The notes under the pieces are model-generated. The model had not been told where the DNA came from, did no database searches, and saw only the letters and a program-made list of their open reading frames with translations. DNA of 63,997 bases, filler included, from Dimargaris cristalligena (Eukaryota), in assembly GCA_003614675.1 (NCBI GenBank). It is 7 parts of 7 records of this genome, joined end to end, with 100 filler letters (N's around TTAATTAATTAA, not from the genome) between each part and the next. Parts side by side here need not be neighbours in the genome. Positions count along the whole stretch, not along the records: positions 9,207 to 18,309 come from ML003287.1; positions 18,410 to 27,495 come from ML003288.1; 5 more parts are not named here. One strand, 5' to 3'. A program made the position numbers and the translations under genes. Of this stretch, positions 12,280 through 24,702 are shown piece by piece. Within the stretch, counting starts at the first letter, position 1. Every line of letters starts with the position of its first letter.

Positions 12280-13868
12280 CTAGCACATTAAGCACATTCC
12301 GCCGCCCTTGCGCTCGGAATAGCACCCATCACAACAGGAGGCCGGGCAGCAGCAGCAGACGGTATTCTCACCACAGCAATCGTCGTCGCGGTTACGATCA
12401 CGTCGGTCGTGGGCATTGGACTGGTATGTCATGGGTGGGGGTGGGGAATAGGACGGTTGCTTCGGCGGAAGCGGAGGCTGCGGCGAATAGGAATGTGACG
12501 ACGAAGACATCTGCTGTCGATGATGGTTCTGGGACTGGGACTGGGCAGAAGGATGGGGGGCGTGGTTGGTCTGAGACGACGAATATGGGTACGGGGGGGC
12601 TGGGAAGTCACCACCACCACCACCACCGTAGGGACCCGGGGGTTGTTGGTAGTTGCGCTGGGAAGGCGGCGGGTGGGTCGCCTGACGGTGGGCCTTGGGC
12701 GGTGGATTCGACGAGGCTAAACAATGCCCATACGACGAGGAGCGGTTGATGGCCGGGGAGCCTGAATGGGGGGGCGCCTGGGGCTGGTTCATGGACTTGG
12801 ATCGACTATTGGCACCGTATTGCTCCTGCTTTGATTGGGACTGGTAGTGGTGTGGGTGGGCCTGGCCAGGGGGAGGGGCTGGAGCATGGGACTGGTACGA
12901 CGACGGAGGCCCGTACGGCACTGACCGAGGCGGAGTCGTATCTGCGTAATACCCGGGCGGCGGGGGACCACCGCCTGCAGTAGGCACCAAGCAAATACAT
13001 TATAATAAGTTGAGGGATAATAAATGGAGTTAGTATGAATTCGCGGCTATACCAAGATTTGCCCTGTTGTTGATTCAACTACAATGGCGGAGTGCTTAAA
13101 AATAGTACGCGCATGAGCTACTTGGGCTCATGACGTAGGCCTGTCCGAGCTAAAGTGAGGGAAATCACCATAGTGTGCGTTTTGAGAGACATTCCCTCCT
13201 CCCTTATCGTCCCCATCCCTCAAACAAGGTGGGTCGGTGAGCCAATCAAACGAATGGCCTAGGTCGGGTCTGCCAAGGCCAATCTAAACAAGCTATTCAG
13301 CATGCTGTGAGGGTCTGCTTCATCACCTGCATTTGTTGCATAGCAAAAGCGATTAAATATGGCAATTGCTCTGTAAGGAGGAGGCCGGGCCGAGAAAAAA
13401 AATAGACAGTATGGTCAGACAGTGGACCCACCTAAGCCAGAAAATAAGAGGGGGGAAAATGGCTCACTTGCTGGAGAACGCTGGGCAGAAAATCAAGGGG
13501 GAGGAAATGCTTAATTAATTACCTTGGGATGAGGGTGGGTAAGCACCACTGCTGGGTGGTGGGGATGGCCGTGACGGAGGAGCATTATACGAAGGGTTCG
13601 GCGGAGGCGGGGGATACGAGTCTAGGTTAGAAGGAGTAGGCGCGTAGGGCACTTGCCCTTGGGACGGGTGCCGTTGGTGACCAGACGGGGCCGGTGGCTG
13701 GTTTGGGTACCCCTGGGAGTATGGGACCCCTCCTCCTCCTCCCTGACCCTTAGACGGCGGGGCGGGAGGGTACTGGTTCTGGTATGGGCCTCCACCGGGG
13801 GGTGGATGAGGATACGGTGGGCCCGCTGAGTAAACGTGTCCCCCCGAATGGTTGGAATTCTGGTACAT
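12280..13868 (-). CDS. Pro/Gln/Tyr-rich protein with Cys-rich C-terminus and CaaX-like end (CYSTM-like), about 346 aa, 2 exons
   Basis: Exon 1 13868-13523 (donor G|GTAATT). Exon 2 12974-12280 (acceptor CTGCAG|, CTAAC branch point near 13030). Phases match (1). The protein ends CCGENTVCCCCPASCCDGC...MCLMC*. Confidence 0.75.
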
Positions 13869-15140
13869 GGCGCGCTAGAAATAAATATATATAAAAAGAG
13901 GGGAGAGATAGAGACTACGCAGATGAGACAGGTCGGTGTAACCAGAATTCGGTCTATAGCTGCACTCAAAAAGGGAAACGGGTCGGCGGGGGGTAATCCC
14001 GGCCAAAAACGAACCGTCGCTGGTGTTTTCGACAAGAAGGGAGGAGACCAAGGGAATGGGCTGTGGTTCGAGGTTGCTGACTCTACACGCAGTAAATACG
14101 ATAGGTAAAGGCTACAGGATGTACTAAAAGTCACGAATGGCGTTCATCTGGGTGGGGGGAACCTAGTGTAATAAATCCAGAATATATCTCCCGAAATGCG
14201 AAAAGCTAGTCAGGCAAAGGGGGAAAATCGGAGAATAAAGAAGCCGTTCGGAGAAATCCCTCGGCTGCGTGTGGGAAAAGTAGGGCCAGCCAAATACCCA
14301 CCGCAGTTCAATAGATATCAACCCCGCAAGTAACGAACAAGGTAATAAGCAGTATGTAAATATAAATATAAATACTAATATTAATATGAATATGATTTCT
14401 AAGTGACGGAGAAGTTAAAGAGCGTTAAGGAGAGCCAGGGGGAATTATCGATAGAAGAGCCGAGTGAGAACTGAGCAGAAATGAAAGCAAGAGAGAAAGA
14501 GGAAAAGATGCCACAGCTCTCGCCATCCGGTAGTGAAATAGCCCACCCATACTGCAGGGTACCGCGCTACTACTGGTGTGGTTGGGTGAAAGACCAGAGA
14601 GCGATCCTGCTTTGGGCGGTCATTCCAAAAATACGCCATAATAATGGAAGGCGAGGGAGAGTGCCCGAATAGGGTATATCGTTGTCAATGAAAGCGTGAT
14701 TTAAAATCGAAGCTTTTTAATAAGCCAAAGTCCAACCCCGATTTAAATGGGCAATGTGGAATGGACGCAGCAGGCATAGAAGAATACGACGACGAATAGC
14801 CTTTGCTTATCAAGACATCGAATGAGAGAGTTGGACTGTAACGCACAGTAGGCCGGGATATATGTATAAGCGGGGGGGGGAAAGGAAAGGAACGAAAATA
14901 CGGGGAGGGGGCCGATCCTACATGATTTAAACCCGCCCATCTCGAGCACAGTGATTGCCCGACGAAGGCACCTATCGCAAGGGACGACTGTCCATCACTT
15001 GATAGTACGCCCAGACGGTAAATGAGTGAGTGTCCCAGCGAATTATTTTAAAGAGACGGGGGGTGTTACTCACCCACCCATAGATGGTTGATGTGGGTGA
15101 CATTCAACGTGGAGGCCGTGTACGATCTCTAATAAAATCT

Positions 15141-15276
15141 GGGTGAAATTCAAGCCAGCTGTATAAGGTTTTACATAATACGTGTATGGACTAATATATG
15201 TGAGAATAGCTTTTAACCAGTAATATTGGCCTCATCCAATGGATTTTTCATTATACAGCCTGAATGAACTTCTCCC
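15141..15276 (+). mobile_element. 136-bp MITE-like element, copy A
   Basis: GGGTGAAATTCA..GCTGTATAA ... TTATACAGC..TGAACTTCTCCC imperfect TIRs; flanks ATCT/ATAT. Confidence 0.85.
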
Positions 15277-17920
15277 ATATAAAAATGGTAATATAGACCA
15301 AATATCCTATTATAGTCAATAAAACTTATACTGCCAAACCGATTCTTTCCTATACAACTGAATGGAGCCTCTCTGCTAGATAAAATAAACTCGGCTATTC
15401 TGACCTACCTTTAACGGGACACCGGGTGGATATAGTTGCCCAAGGCATCCCTCATTACTCCAACATCATTAGTAGCCCGAATACGAGAAATTGTGAGATG
15501 ATTGCATTTTGTGCATGCTCCATGAGCTGTATCCCAATTATAATACTTATCTCATTCAGTTTTATTCAAAAAACACATATATTCTCCAAAGTAATGGAAG
15601 GGTTAGACTGCTCGCTAGGCCAGACTAGACTAGACCTGATGAAATAACATTCCCCCCGAACAGATCCGTGGTGAGGTTCCACAGAGATTGACATCAATAA
15701 GGCGCATTGCCCTCTGCCCAACCCAACGGCCTTGTAACACCCCGTCAGCCCAAGTCCATCAGAACGTTTGCCTTTTGATGCTGCGGAACCCAGTCAATAT
15801 GATAGATCTAAATCAGGACAAAAGGGCAGAATAAGAGGCGGGAAATGGCAGATAAAGCGAATACTGAAGGGAGAAGGTCAACTCTCACTCCATTTTAACT
15901 ACCAAACGTGCTCGAATGGCGCGAACTCGGGTTATAACATCCTCTCTACGGGAAATTCTTTAATTGGTCCAAATCATATGACCGGACCCAGGTTGCACCA
16001 AGTCCCTTCGCGACTGTACATCTACATCTGCGAATGTGGAACCGATGGACTGTTCGGGCCGACGCTGGCCGTATTTTCGGGGCTGGAAGTGTAACCCATT
16101 CCGGTCCCTGCCGATACTCGTTATATACAGTTACATTTATAACCTTGGAGAAGGCGGGCTAATAGGGCCACTGTTCGCTCCCCCCCCCTCTCTCCCTATA
16201 ATCAGCCTCTCCGCGTTTGACTGGACGGCGAGGGGCAAGCATTACCCCGTAAGGAAATTCGTTGCTGCCACCTCGTCCCTTTTTACTACTAATAATCCAT
16301 GCGTATGTCTAGAGCTCCCTCTATAATCAGCGGGCTATTGGGAGCCTATCCGCCTGTTGATTGCGGGGAGGTTACACGGCAAGATTTCCTAGCGCAGCAC
16401 CGCCAGATATCTCGCAGCATCAGAGATGTATGTACTCGTGTCCGTCGTTGGTAATTGGCTCGGGTAGCGGACTTCGTCAGCCCGATACACCATTGTGTAG
16501 TGTATGGACGTACAAGTTCGTCGAGAGAAAAAAAACCCCCCTTCGAGCAAGTGGACCCAATCCCTCTACCCACATGTATAATGCAGAGGCTCAGTCCAGG
16601 CATGTATCCAAAATTGCGGTGGCTAAAATGCGCTATCCACTACATTTTTGGCGTGTATATTACATACCCCAAGTCTTATACCGCGGGGTAGTAATTCGCC
16701 CATATTTAATTGCGCTTGTGGACTAGTACCTCCTTTCCTGCCGCGAAATCTTTCCAAGTGCCTTGGCCAGCTTACTTAGCAGATTTTATTTTAGTTGCTG
16801 GATTCTAGCTTTGCTCCGGAAGTTCCCTGAGATGTCACTTTAGAATAGAAGGGTGCATTATGCCTGTCCAACAGTTGAATGAAAGTAATATATTTTTAGG
16901 CCGGCCCGGTTGTAGTTCCCTTCCGAATAATTATCGGTATGTCCATTAAATTAAAATCACCGGAAGTGCGACATGGAAGGTATGCCATTCCAAGACCGGA
17001 AAATGTAGGGAAATTAACCGGAGTGAATACTACGGCAACGTAATTGTCTTTTGTATTTTTTTCTTCTATACAATAGAATCTACTCTCTCCTTTCCAAAAT
17101 GAAAAAAAACCCCCCAGAAGAGGAAGGGTGCCTGACTGTCAGTGGTCCCTCAGGGATACACCGCCGTTACACCGAAACCAAAGGGCCCATTGACGTAGTT
17201 TTAGGAACGTATCCACAAGGAATGGCCCGGGCTGGGCTCATTTCCCCTCCTCCTCCTCCTCCCCGCCTTTAGCGGCCCTAACCATAGGCCGGCGACCCCA
17301 AGGGACACACTTAAACAGCCAATAGGCCCTATCACATGAGTTGGACTCGGAATCAAATGGGCAAACTAGGCAAAGGAGTGGGAGTAAGAGTACTCTCGCA
17401 TAACACTTCGGAGAACGCCGGAGAACGACTCTCCCCTTAATTCGACCTGGCCTTCCGTGGTAGCCCCGAAAAAAAGGGGAACATGCTGGTATGGCGTGAC
17501 TGACAACGACTATTATTATGGTACCTCCACCATGACCTGTCTCCCCAGTCTACCACGGTGGTAGTGTCTCCCCTCTTTCATATAAATATCCCTAGGCATC
17601 CGCTTCCTGCAATTCTTCGTAATCTACTTATGTAACTCCCAATCCATCGTCCTATCTTCAATCTCTTGTATAATACTATTATTACCAGAACAGGCTTCTG
17701 TTTTTATGATCAGTGTATTGTACCCAAATATTTTAACGAGTCGTTTATATATATATATATAGATATATATAGTCAATAGATTTTATATTAATTTATCTCT
17801 CCCACCTTCGATAAGTCTACCATCCATTTACGATAGATATCTATTTCCATATCAGCCTCATATTTCACTCTATCCACTCGCCCCTACATTTTGACCATCA
17901 GTATATTTATATTATACACC

Positions 17921-18309
17921 ATGGATTCGTACCAAAAGTTCATCACCCTGTTCGGTATAGTCACCCTCATGACCGCCGTTCTTTCTCCCCACCCGGTCGT
18001 GGTCGGTCTCCCCGCTCGTATCCGGGTTCACCAACCCGATACTATCCCAAGTTCAACGGACCGTCCCGTGCCGGCCACCTCGTTGTTAGCCGATGGCTCC
18101 ATCTATCCCGCCGACAACAACAGCGGCGATAACAAAATCAATGATTATTTTACGCCCAAGACCCACACCGCCCAACCCAACCTCAACAGCGGATTTCCCT
18201 GGCTCAAGTCCAGTCATCATTTAGTAGACCAGTCCTACCCGTCTTCCCCTATGACCGATTCCGGATCCGAGTCGGGCTACGACTCGGATAATTCGTTTTC
18301 TGTCCTCAG
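17921..18309 (+). CDS. Orphan secreted protein, 3'-truncated by the contig end
   Basis: ATG in ACC-ATG-G context; hydrophobic N-terminus FITLFGIVTLMTAVLS; frame open up to the linker; TATA box near 17580. Confidence 0.65.
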
Positions 18310-18409
18310 NNNNNNNNNNNNNNNNNNNNNNNNNNNNNNNNNNNNNNNNNNNNTTAATTAATTAANNNNNNNNNNNNNNNNNNNNNNNNNNNNNNNNNNN
18401 NNNNNNNNN
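18310..18409. other. Artificial contig linker
   Basis: N44-TTAATTAATTAA-N44. Confidence 0.99.
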
Positions 18410-18941
18410 CATATAACCATCGGATGGGCCTCTCTTTGTTGTCTAGGCGTTTTGGAGAGAACGGTCTGGACACCTTTGCAATATTTACCAAATTTACTGC
18501 ATTTCCAAGTTCATCGTCCAGTTCTCGTAGCCGTACAGGAATGGGATGGGTGCTATCCATCTTGGTATTAGATTCACCGAAAATAAACCAAGCAGGCCAG
18601 TAAGCACATATACGGATTCCACCAAAAGCATGGTGTTCTGACCCTATATTAGATTGGGTCCTACAGAGCTCTTCCCTTATATCAATCACTAGGCGGTTTA
18701 TTTATTATGTGGTTTAATAAAATAATTTGAATCCAGAGTAGAAACTACCATTAAGCGAATATGGTGCTATATATAATACGCACTATAGAAAACCACACTG
18801 ACCAGTGTCGGACTCAATAATCTCGGGCCCACCCATCAACTATAAAATGACGCATCGGTCCACAGGAATACTCCATAGCACACTAATGGAGCAGAGGACG
18901 TACGACGAAACAGGAGGCCGCCCAGCTTATTTAACACGTCG

Positions 18942-20257
18942 TTAATTGCGGCCAGTGAACCGATTTTGGATTCGAGCACCCCAGCTCATCACCGAGTCCC
19001 AGGGAGTAGCACCTTGGTTGAGCCATACCCGGAAGGTCTGTTGTTCGTTGGTAAATGGCGCAGGTTCATTTTTAGACAAACCGAGCTTCGCACCGCATTG
19101 CTGCTTATTAAACCTCGGGGACCGCGAAGTTCCAGCCGACGTCGAAGATATTGGGAAAAGGCGATCCAAAATTTGCTTAGTTGAAAAATAACCCAGTACG
19201 CCGGCACATTCGGCGACCTCTTGTTGCGATTCGGGTGACATGTCCAATAGGTATTTGCCCATGGGCAAGGTGGCGGTCACCTCCCTCCCTACGAACGGGT
19301 CATTGAGCCCGGCTAGCATCACGGGCAGGCTACATTGCGCGGCTAAACAGTATTGTAGTGCGTGGGCCCGACTAGCCCGAGCCGTGGGTCCGACGGCAAT
19401 GATGGTCAATAAAACTCGCTCGACCAGGACTTTTTGTATATACGTCTGGAGTGCCGCGGAACCCGACAGTACCTGCGAAAGGTCCCCAACGGTCTGTTTC
19501 ACCCAATAGTCCGCCAAAGTATCCCCCTGATCATTTACCAACCATTGGACATAATCCAGGTAGGATAAGACCTCAGCCGGAGTCTGGGCAGCACACCAAA
19601 AGAGGGGGAACGACTCGGCACGTTGGCCATTGGGCACCTTAGCCCAATCGACGGCCCGGTAATTAGTTTGGGCCCCCGAGGTTCGAGTGTCCCCTCCGTT
19701 GGCACTGGTGATGAGATGGGCCTTGAGGTCGTCGTGGATCCACCCTAAGTATTGGTCCAAGAGTTCAGGGCTGGTGGCTACTAAATCGACATCTTGGACT
19801 TTCTTTTGTATGACTTGGCGAAAAGTAGAAGCCAGGACATTCAGGTCGGTACAGTCAAATTGTCTCTGTGTATCAGTCTAGTGGATTGAGAAAAAAATGG
19901 TATAGTACAGATGTTAAATAATTAATATCGGATAAGGTGAGTTGGCGGGGGAGGGGAGAGAAGAGGAGAGTGAGCCCCGTTCAATCCGACCCGAATCGTA
20001 GTGCTTCTACATAGATAGTACTCCCTATTAGCTTGCAGGGCAAGGAGTTGGGCACGGCTGCTTACATTAGATTCCCGTTTTTCGTTTAACTGAGGGATGG
20101 CTTCACTTGGGCGATTGGTATTTTGACGACCCGAGGAACGAAGATGAAGGGCATAGTCTCCCCCTCCTCCATACATACCTTGAGTCATTTGACAGGCGGT
20201 AACTATCAGGCCAACGGACAGGATAACGTATTTCAGTGAAGGAGTGCCTGTGACCAT
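18942..20257 (-). CDS. Orphan secreted protein, about 375 aa, 2 exons
   Basis: Exon 1 20257-20066 (signal-like YVILSVGLIVTACQMTQG; donor |GTAAGC). Exon 2 19877-18942 (acceptor CCACTAG|). Phase 0 joins directly into the 272-aa ORF. Confidence 0.75.
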
Positions 20258-22720
20258 TGTAAATTGCCGAGTAAATTATAAAACTATAAATATACACGGT
20301 GGGTCTTCAGGGAATGGCGAATTTCCTACGCATAAAAACCGGGTCTAGATAGAATTGCTAAATGGGTTTGGCAAAGAAACTGACGAAGCGGCCGCTCAAA
20401 GTAGAGGTGCCAAGATATATTAAACAAGGTTGTACTATAGTTAGTGTGGTCGATGGGCGCAGTAGTAGTGGGGAGGGAAGGCTAGCGGGTGTCCTTATAT
20501 ATATATATATATATGGGTGCATAGACTGATACGTAGTCAAGGTTCATGGACATGGGGCTGAATGTGAGGCGAGGTGGAGGATATTGCGATGTGGTATACC
20601 ACCCCTACAGCCACCCCATTCCCCTGTTTCCGCCGCATGGTCTCCTTCCGGCCGTGAATTGACCTTTCCGGAAATATAATTGTCGAGAGGGGGGGGGGTA
20701 ACAAGGCCCCCGACTGGCCTAGCTGGATACCTCGAGTAACCGGTCCATCGAACAATCGGGTTGACCGGGCTGAGTCGTACCTTCCTAGTGGCTATCCCTA
20801 TCATTCGTGATTTCGGAATTTATTTACAAGGGTATATTGGCTAGAGTCTTGCTTTTTTAGGACACTCCATTATAATACTACTCTTGTGAATATAACCATT
20901 TCCGATTCATCTCTCGGTGTAGCTCGGCTATATTTTATTTAACCGAAGAATTATACCTCTTGGTTGGGCCGAAAAATTGGCGGAACTTGGTAAATGGACA
21001 TCTACAGCTTAACATAGCAAGGTAAGATGAATGAGTAATCTTATGTTTTAGGCACCGGTCGTTTAGAAGCCCAAAACCTTGACAGGTCTTTGTTAATTAA
21101 ACCAATCCGTTCGGCTGAGAGTCACTTGGTTGCACTGTGGCTAAACCCCCAGGCTTTTGGTGACAATATAGTGCGCCTGTAACAGCATGTGTCAGTATTA
21201 TTCGTTCCATTCGAATAGCCCTTTGCCGCCAGCCCTGGTAAGCGACTTTTAAGTGTAGGGTGGGTGGAAGATTTTTTTTAGTGTGCCTCATTGCTTCGAA
21301 TGGGGTGCTAGAATGGTCAGTCTGTTACGCCTCGACCTTCGCCAATTGTTCGAGGGGCGTGGGGGGGTGGGGATAATTACATTGTCCATGGTCTGAATGT
21401 AGCTGTCTAAATGTATATTTTCCGCTTTCTATGCAAGCCTCGGGTACTCGTGCCACTTCCCAACCATCAGAATAGGGTATTGGTGAAACAGAGTGACGGT
21501 TGGGTCTTCAAAATGAAATCTGGCGCAGTAGCCACCCCACTAAATTCGGAATCTTGAAACCCCACAGAAGAGAGGCGAAGTAATTTAAATCTCCGATAAG
21601 GTTGGTTCCCTATGGACAGGTATATGCCGCTTCAAGATGCCAAAGGGACTTGCGTGAACAAGGAAGCAGGGCTGGCTGGGGTTAGGTGTGCCAAAACAGG
21701 ACCATGCCACACCGCCTTCACGCAAAAAAGTTCACCCGGCCAATTTTATGAAAATACAGACAATACAATTGTAAAGCTGTAATGGCATATATATATTGGT
21801 GGGTGTCGGAATATTCACTGAGTGTCAACACCAGGCCACGGGTTAGTAGCGGCCCCCGAAAATAGTGCCCGCCACAGAAAACTGGGATATAGGGGTCATG
21901 GTAACAAACTTAAGGAGAATATCGGGCAGCGCAAACTGCCGTTGAAAGGACATGTAGTAAAATAGTAACTACGTAGTCCAGTTACAGAAATATAAGATGA
22001 AAATAGTAGGAGGGGGGTTGCTCTATACATATGTAGTAGTAGCAGGCAAACGTATAGCCAAAGTTTCGCGCCTACTTACGCTCGGTTGGGTAAAAAGAAC
22101 GGTATTAGTGTGGTGTACGCCATGTCTTGCCAACTGGCGTGGCATTGGCTGACTCTGTGGTTATTTTCTCCAACCAGCAAGGCCGGTTCACCAAGAGGGC
22201 TGGTGGCTATTGTTAGTCGGTTAACACTTCCGACCTAGCAGCGTGAAACGAGCACTCTCGTCTTATTGCGATTATCTTTATGGTGGACAACTAACTAACA
22301 TAATGTTTTATTTACAGTAGCGATGGACTATGGTGAATGGGGATCGCTTTGGAAACCTAATGCAGGGTGCATTCCAAGTAGAGGTTCTCCCGTCAACCAG
22401 TTCTCTAAACTAACTAACTAAGAAATGGCTTTGCACACGGCAATATGCGAGTGGGGGGAAACGATAACCCGTACTATAGGATACTGTCAACAGTCTCCGA
22501 TAAATATTCGAATATTTAAGTTTGTCCAGTTGAGTGGAAAGAGTCGTTCAGAATTTTGTAGGGAGGGCATTTAGTGAGTTGGAACGCAGGAATGCCGTTA
22601 AATTAAGTGGACGTAAAGTTGCCGGAGCGGGTGGAGGATAGCCATGGTTGTAGCCCTGCAACGGAGCCGGCTGTTGGTTGGTTTGCGATAGGGCCACTCC
22701 CATGCCCTGGGGGGGATTGG

Positions 22721-23602
22721 TCACCGGTCCGAAGCTGTTATTCTGGTCGGGGGAATGGGGCTATCTTGATTGTCTGCGGCGGGAGGGGAGGCCGAGTGGC
22801 CGTTACCCAGCGGAGATGGTTTCAGAGGGGGATTCGTTTGGGCGACTGAGTTGAGGGTGTAGACAGGGGGGGGATTCAGGCTTTGGTCGGAATCGACCGG
22901 TTGGGCCAAGTACGGTGGAAGGCTTTCGGTTTGGGAAAAGCTGCCCATGGGGGCTAATTCAGTTTTGGGGTTCGCCGAGTTATCCTTCTCTTGAGCTGTA
23001 TACGTTGGAGGTTTGGCACCGTTGCCTTTGACCGCTGCAAAATACTTGCCATTCTTTTCGTCGTTGGCCAAATACTCGTAACACTGACCCAACAAGCGCA
23101 TGGCAACCTTGTGTCCGGCAACGCGCAGGTCCAGAATGAGGAACTTAACCGGTTTCTTAGCGGTCTGTTTTAACACACCACGCAAGTACATGGCGTCCAA
23201 AGGATCCTTAACCACTTGGGGTTTAATTCCGGTTGCGGTGCGAGCGAGCTCCAAACTCACCTGGTTCTTCTGGATGCTAGGGACGCTGTCCAGGTATGCG
23301 CCGTTGTTTCCGTAAAAGCCGTTTCTAAAAGCCGTTATTAATAAGCGAAAAACAAGTCCATCCGTGCGGGACAGGTCGCTGAAGCCAAGGTTTACTTTGA
23401 GACGTAAGTAGAAGTTGCGCAGTTTAGCCGATAACTTGTCATGTTGGATATTCTTTAAGGCATCGCAGTAGGGTTGGCCTGAAGTCGCGGGGACAGTGTT
23501 GTTGGACGGGGTTCTATGAAAACCTAAAAATGGAGAGGATAACACAGTTGTCAGCATTATGGTCAGAGTAACGCCCACCAGGGCGGCCGTGCCTAGCTTC
23601 AT
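22721..23602 (-). CDS. Orphan secreted protein with a Pro-rich tail, about 293 aa
   Basis: ACC-ATG at 23602 starts the signal peptide MKLGTAALVGVTLTIMLTTVLS; long uninterrupted ORF; TATA-like sequence near 23785. Confidence 0.75.
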   Translation of the reverse strand: MKLGTAALVGVTLTIMLTTVLSSPFLGFHRTPSNNTVPATSGQPYCDALKNIQHDKLSAKLRNFYLRLKVNLGFSDLSRTDGLVFRLLITAFRNGFYGNNGAYLDSVPSIQKNQVSLELARTATGIKPQVVKDPLDAMYLRGVLKQTAKKPVKFLILDLRVAGHKVAMRLLGQCYEYLANDEKNGKYFAAVKGNGAKPPTYTAQEKDNSANPKTELAPMGSFSQTESLPPYLAQPVDSDQSLNPPPVYTLNSVAQTNPPLKPSPLGNGHSASPPAADNQDSPIPPTRITASDR

Positions 23603-24566
23603 GGTTGAAAAGATGCAGGAGTTTCCTTGCCGAAAAAAACAACAACTAAACAAGGAGTCTGCTTTATAATCACGGCATATATAAACGAAAGAAAAACGTA
23701 ATGGATGAGCAGTTAAATCAAATAGTAGTTGAATGAGGGGAATTGCGTTAGCTAGGAATCCAAGGGCTATACAGCAGGGGTATATATATTTAAATATAAA
23801 TTTCTAGACTAACCTATTTGAGATATGGGGGGAGGTGAGGGTGAGGTTATCGAGCCAGTCTGGGTCAGCTACTCAGTTGGATATTAACGCTGGCAGTCTC
23901 CCGTATTAGCTCTATAGTTATAGTTTATAAATGGGGGATGTAAGCCGTTAATCTGTGGTTGTAGTTACTAGGTCTAAAGCAGACTGCTCAGCCCATTTGC
24001 CACAGGTGCCGTTGGCAACACAAGGGAGATTTTGGCCTCGGGGCCGATGGACACTATGGTCGCACACAGAGTTCGTTGTTGAACAATGCGGTGCCAATCA
24101 GTCACCTAGGTTCGTTTTATGCAGCTAGCGAGTACTCCCGCCAAAAATCCCCTAATTTAAGGGTAGTTTTGGTATACCCTTGTGCCCGTATTGGGTTTTT
24201 ATTAGGGGAATAGAGGGCCAGGGTACAAATGGCATTTTAATATAAATGTAGATGGTTTGATGGACAGCTTCCACTGGGCAAGTGGACGAGGGATTTATAT
24301 TCCACCGGAAGTATTCGATTTGGAAGGCACGCTTCATGGTTATTAAACTGTGATGCAGGCCATAATCCGCGTAAATACTTGAATAGCCTACGCCGAGGGT
24401 GGATACATCTAGGGTTCCTGTAAACAAGAGCCCGGACGGCGGTTTATGAGATGAATCATGGACTAGGCCAAAGGTTGGCAGGCCCGATGCTCTATGCGTA
24501 CTGGGATGGCGAGTAACCGGCCAATAAACCGCGGTATAGGTGTAGGGATACGTTTGGGCTCTACAT

Positions 24567-24702
24567 GGGTGAAAATCGGCCCAGCTGTATCAGGTTTTAG
24601 ATCATACATGTATAGGGAAATGGTTAGGTGATTCATTTGCAACCGATAAGATTTGTCTCTTCCAACGGATTTTTCGTTATACAGTCTGGTTGAATCTCTC
24701 TC
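24567..24702 (+). mobile_element. 136-bp MITE-like element, copy B (diverged)
   Basis: GGGTGAAAATCGGCCCAGCTGTAT ... TTATACAGTCTGGTTGAATCTCTCTC; flanks ACAT/ATAT. Confidence 0.8.
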
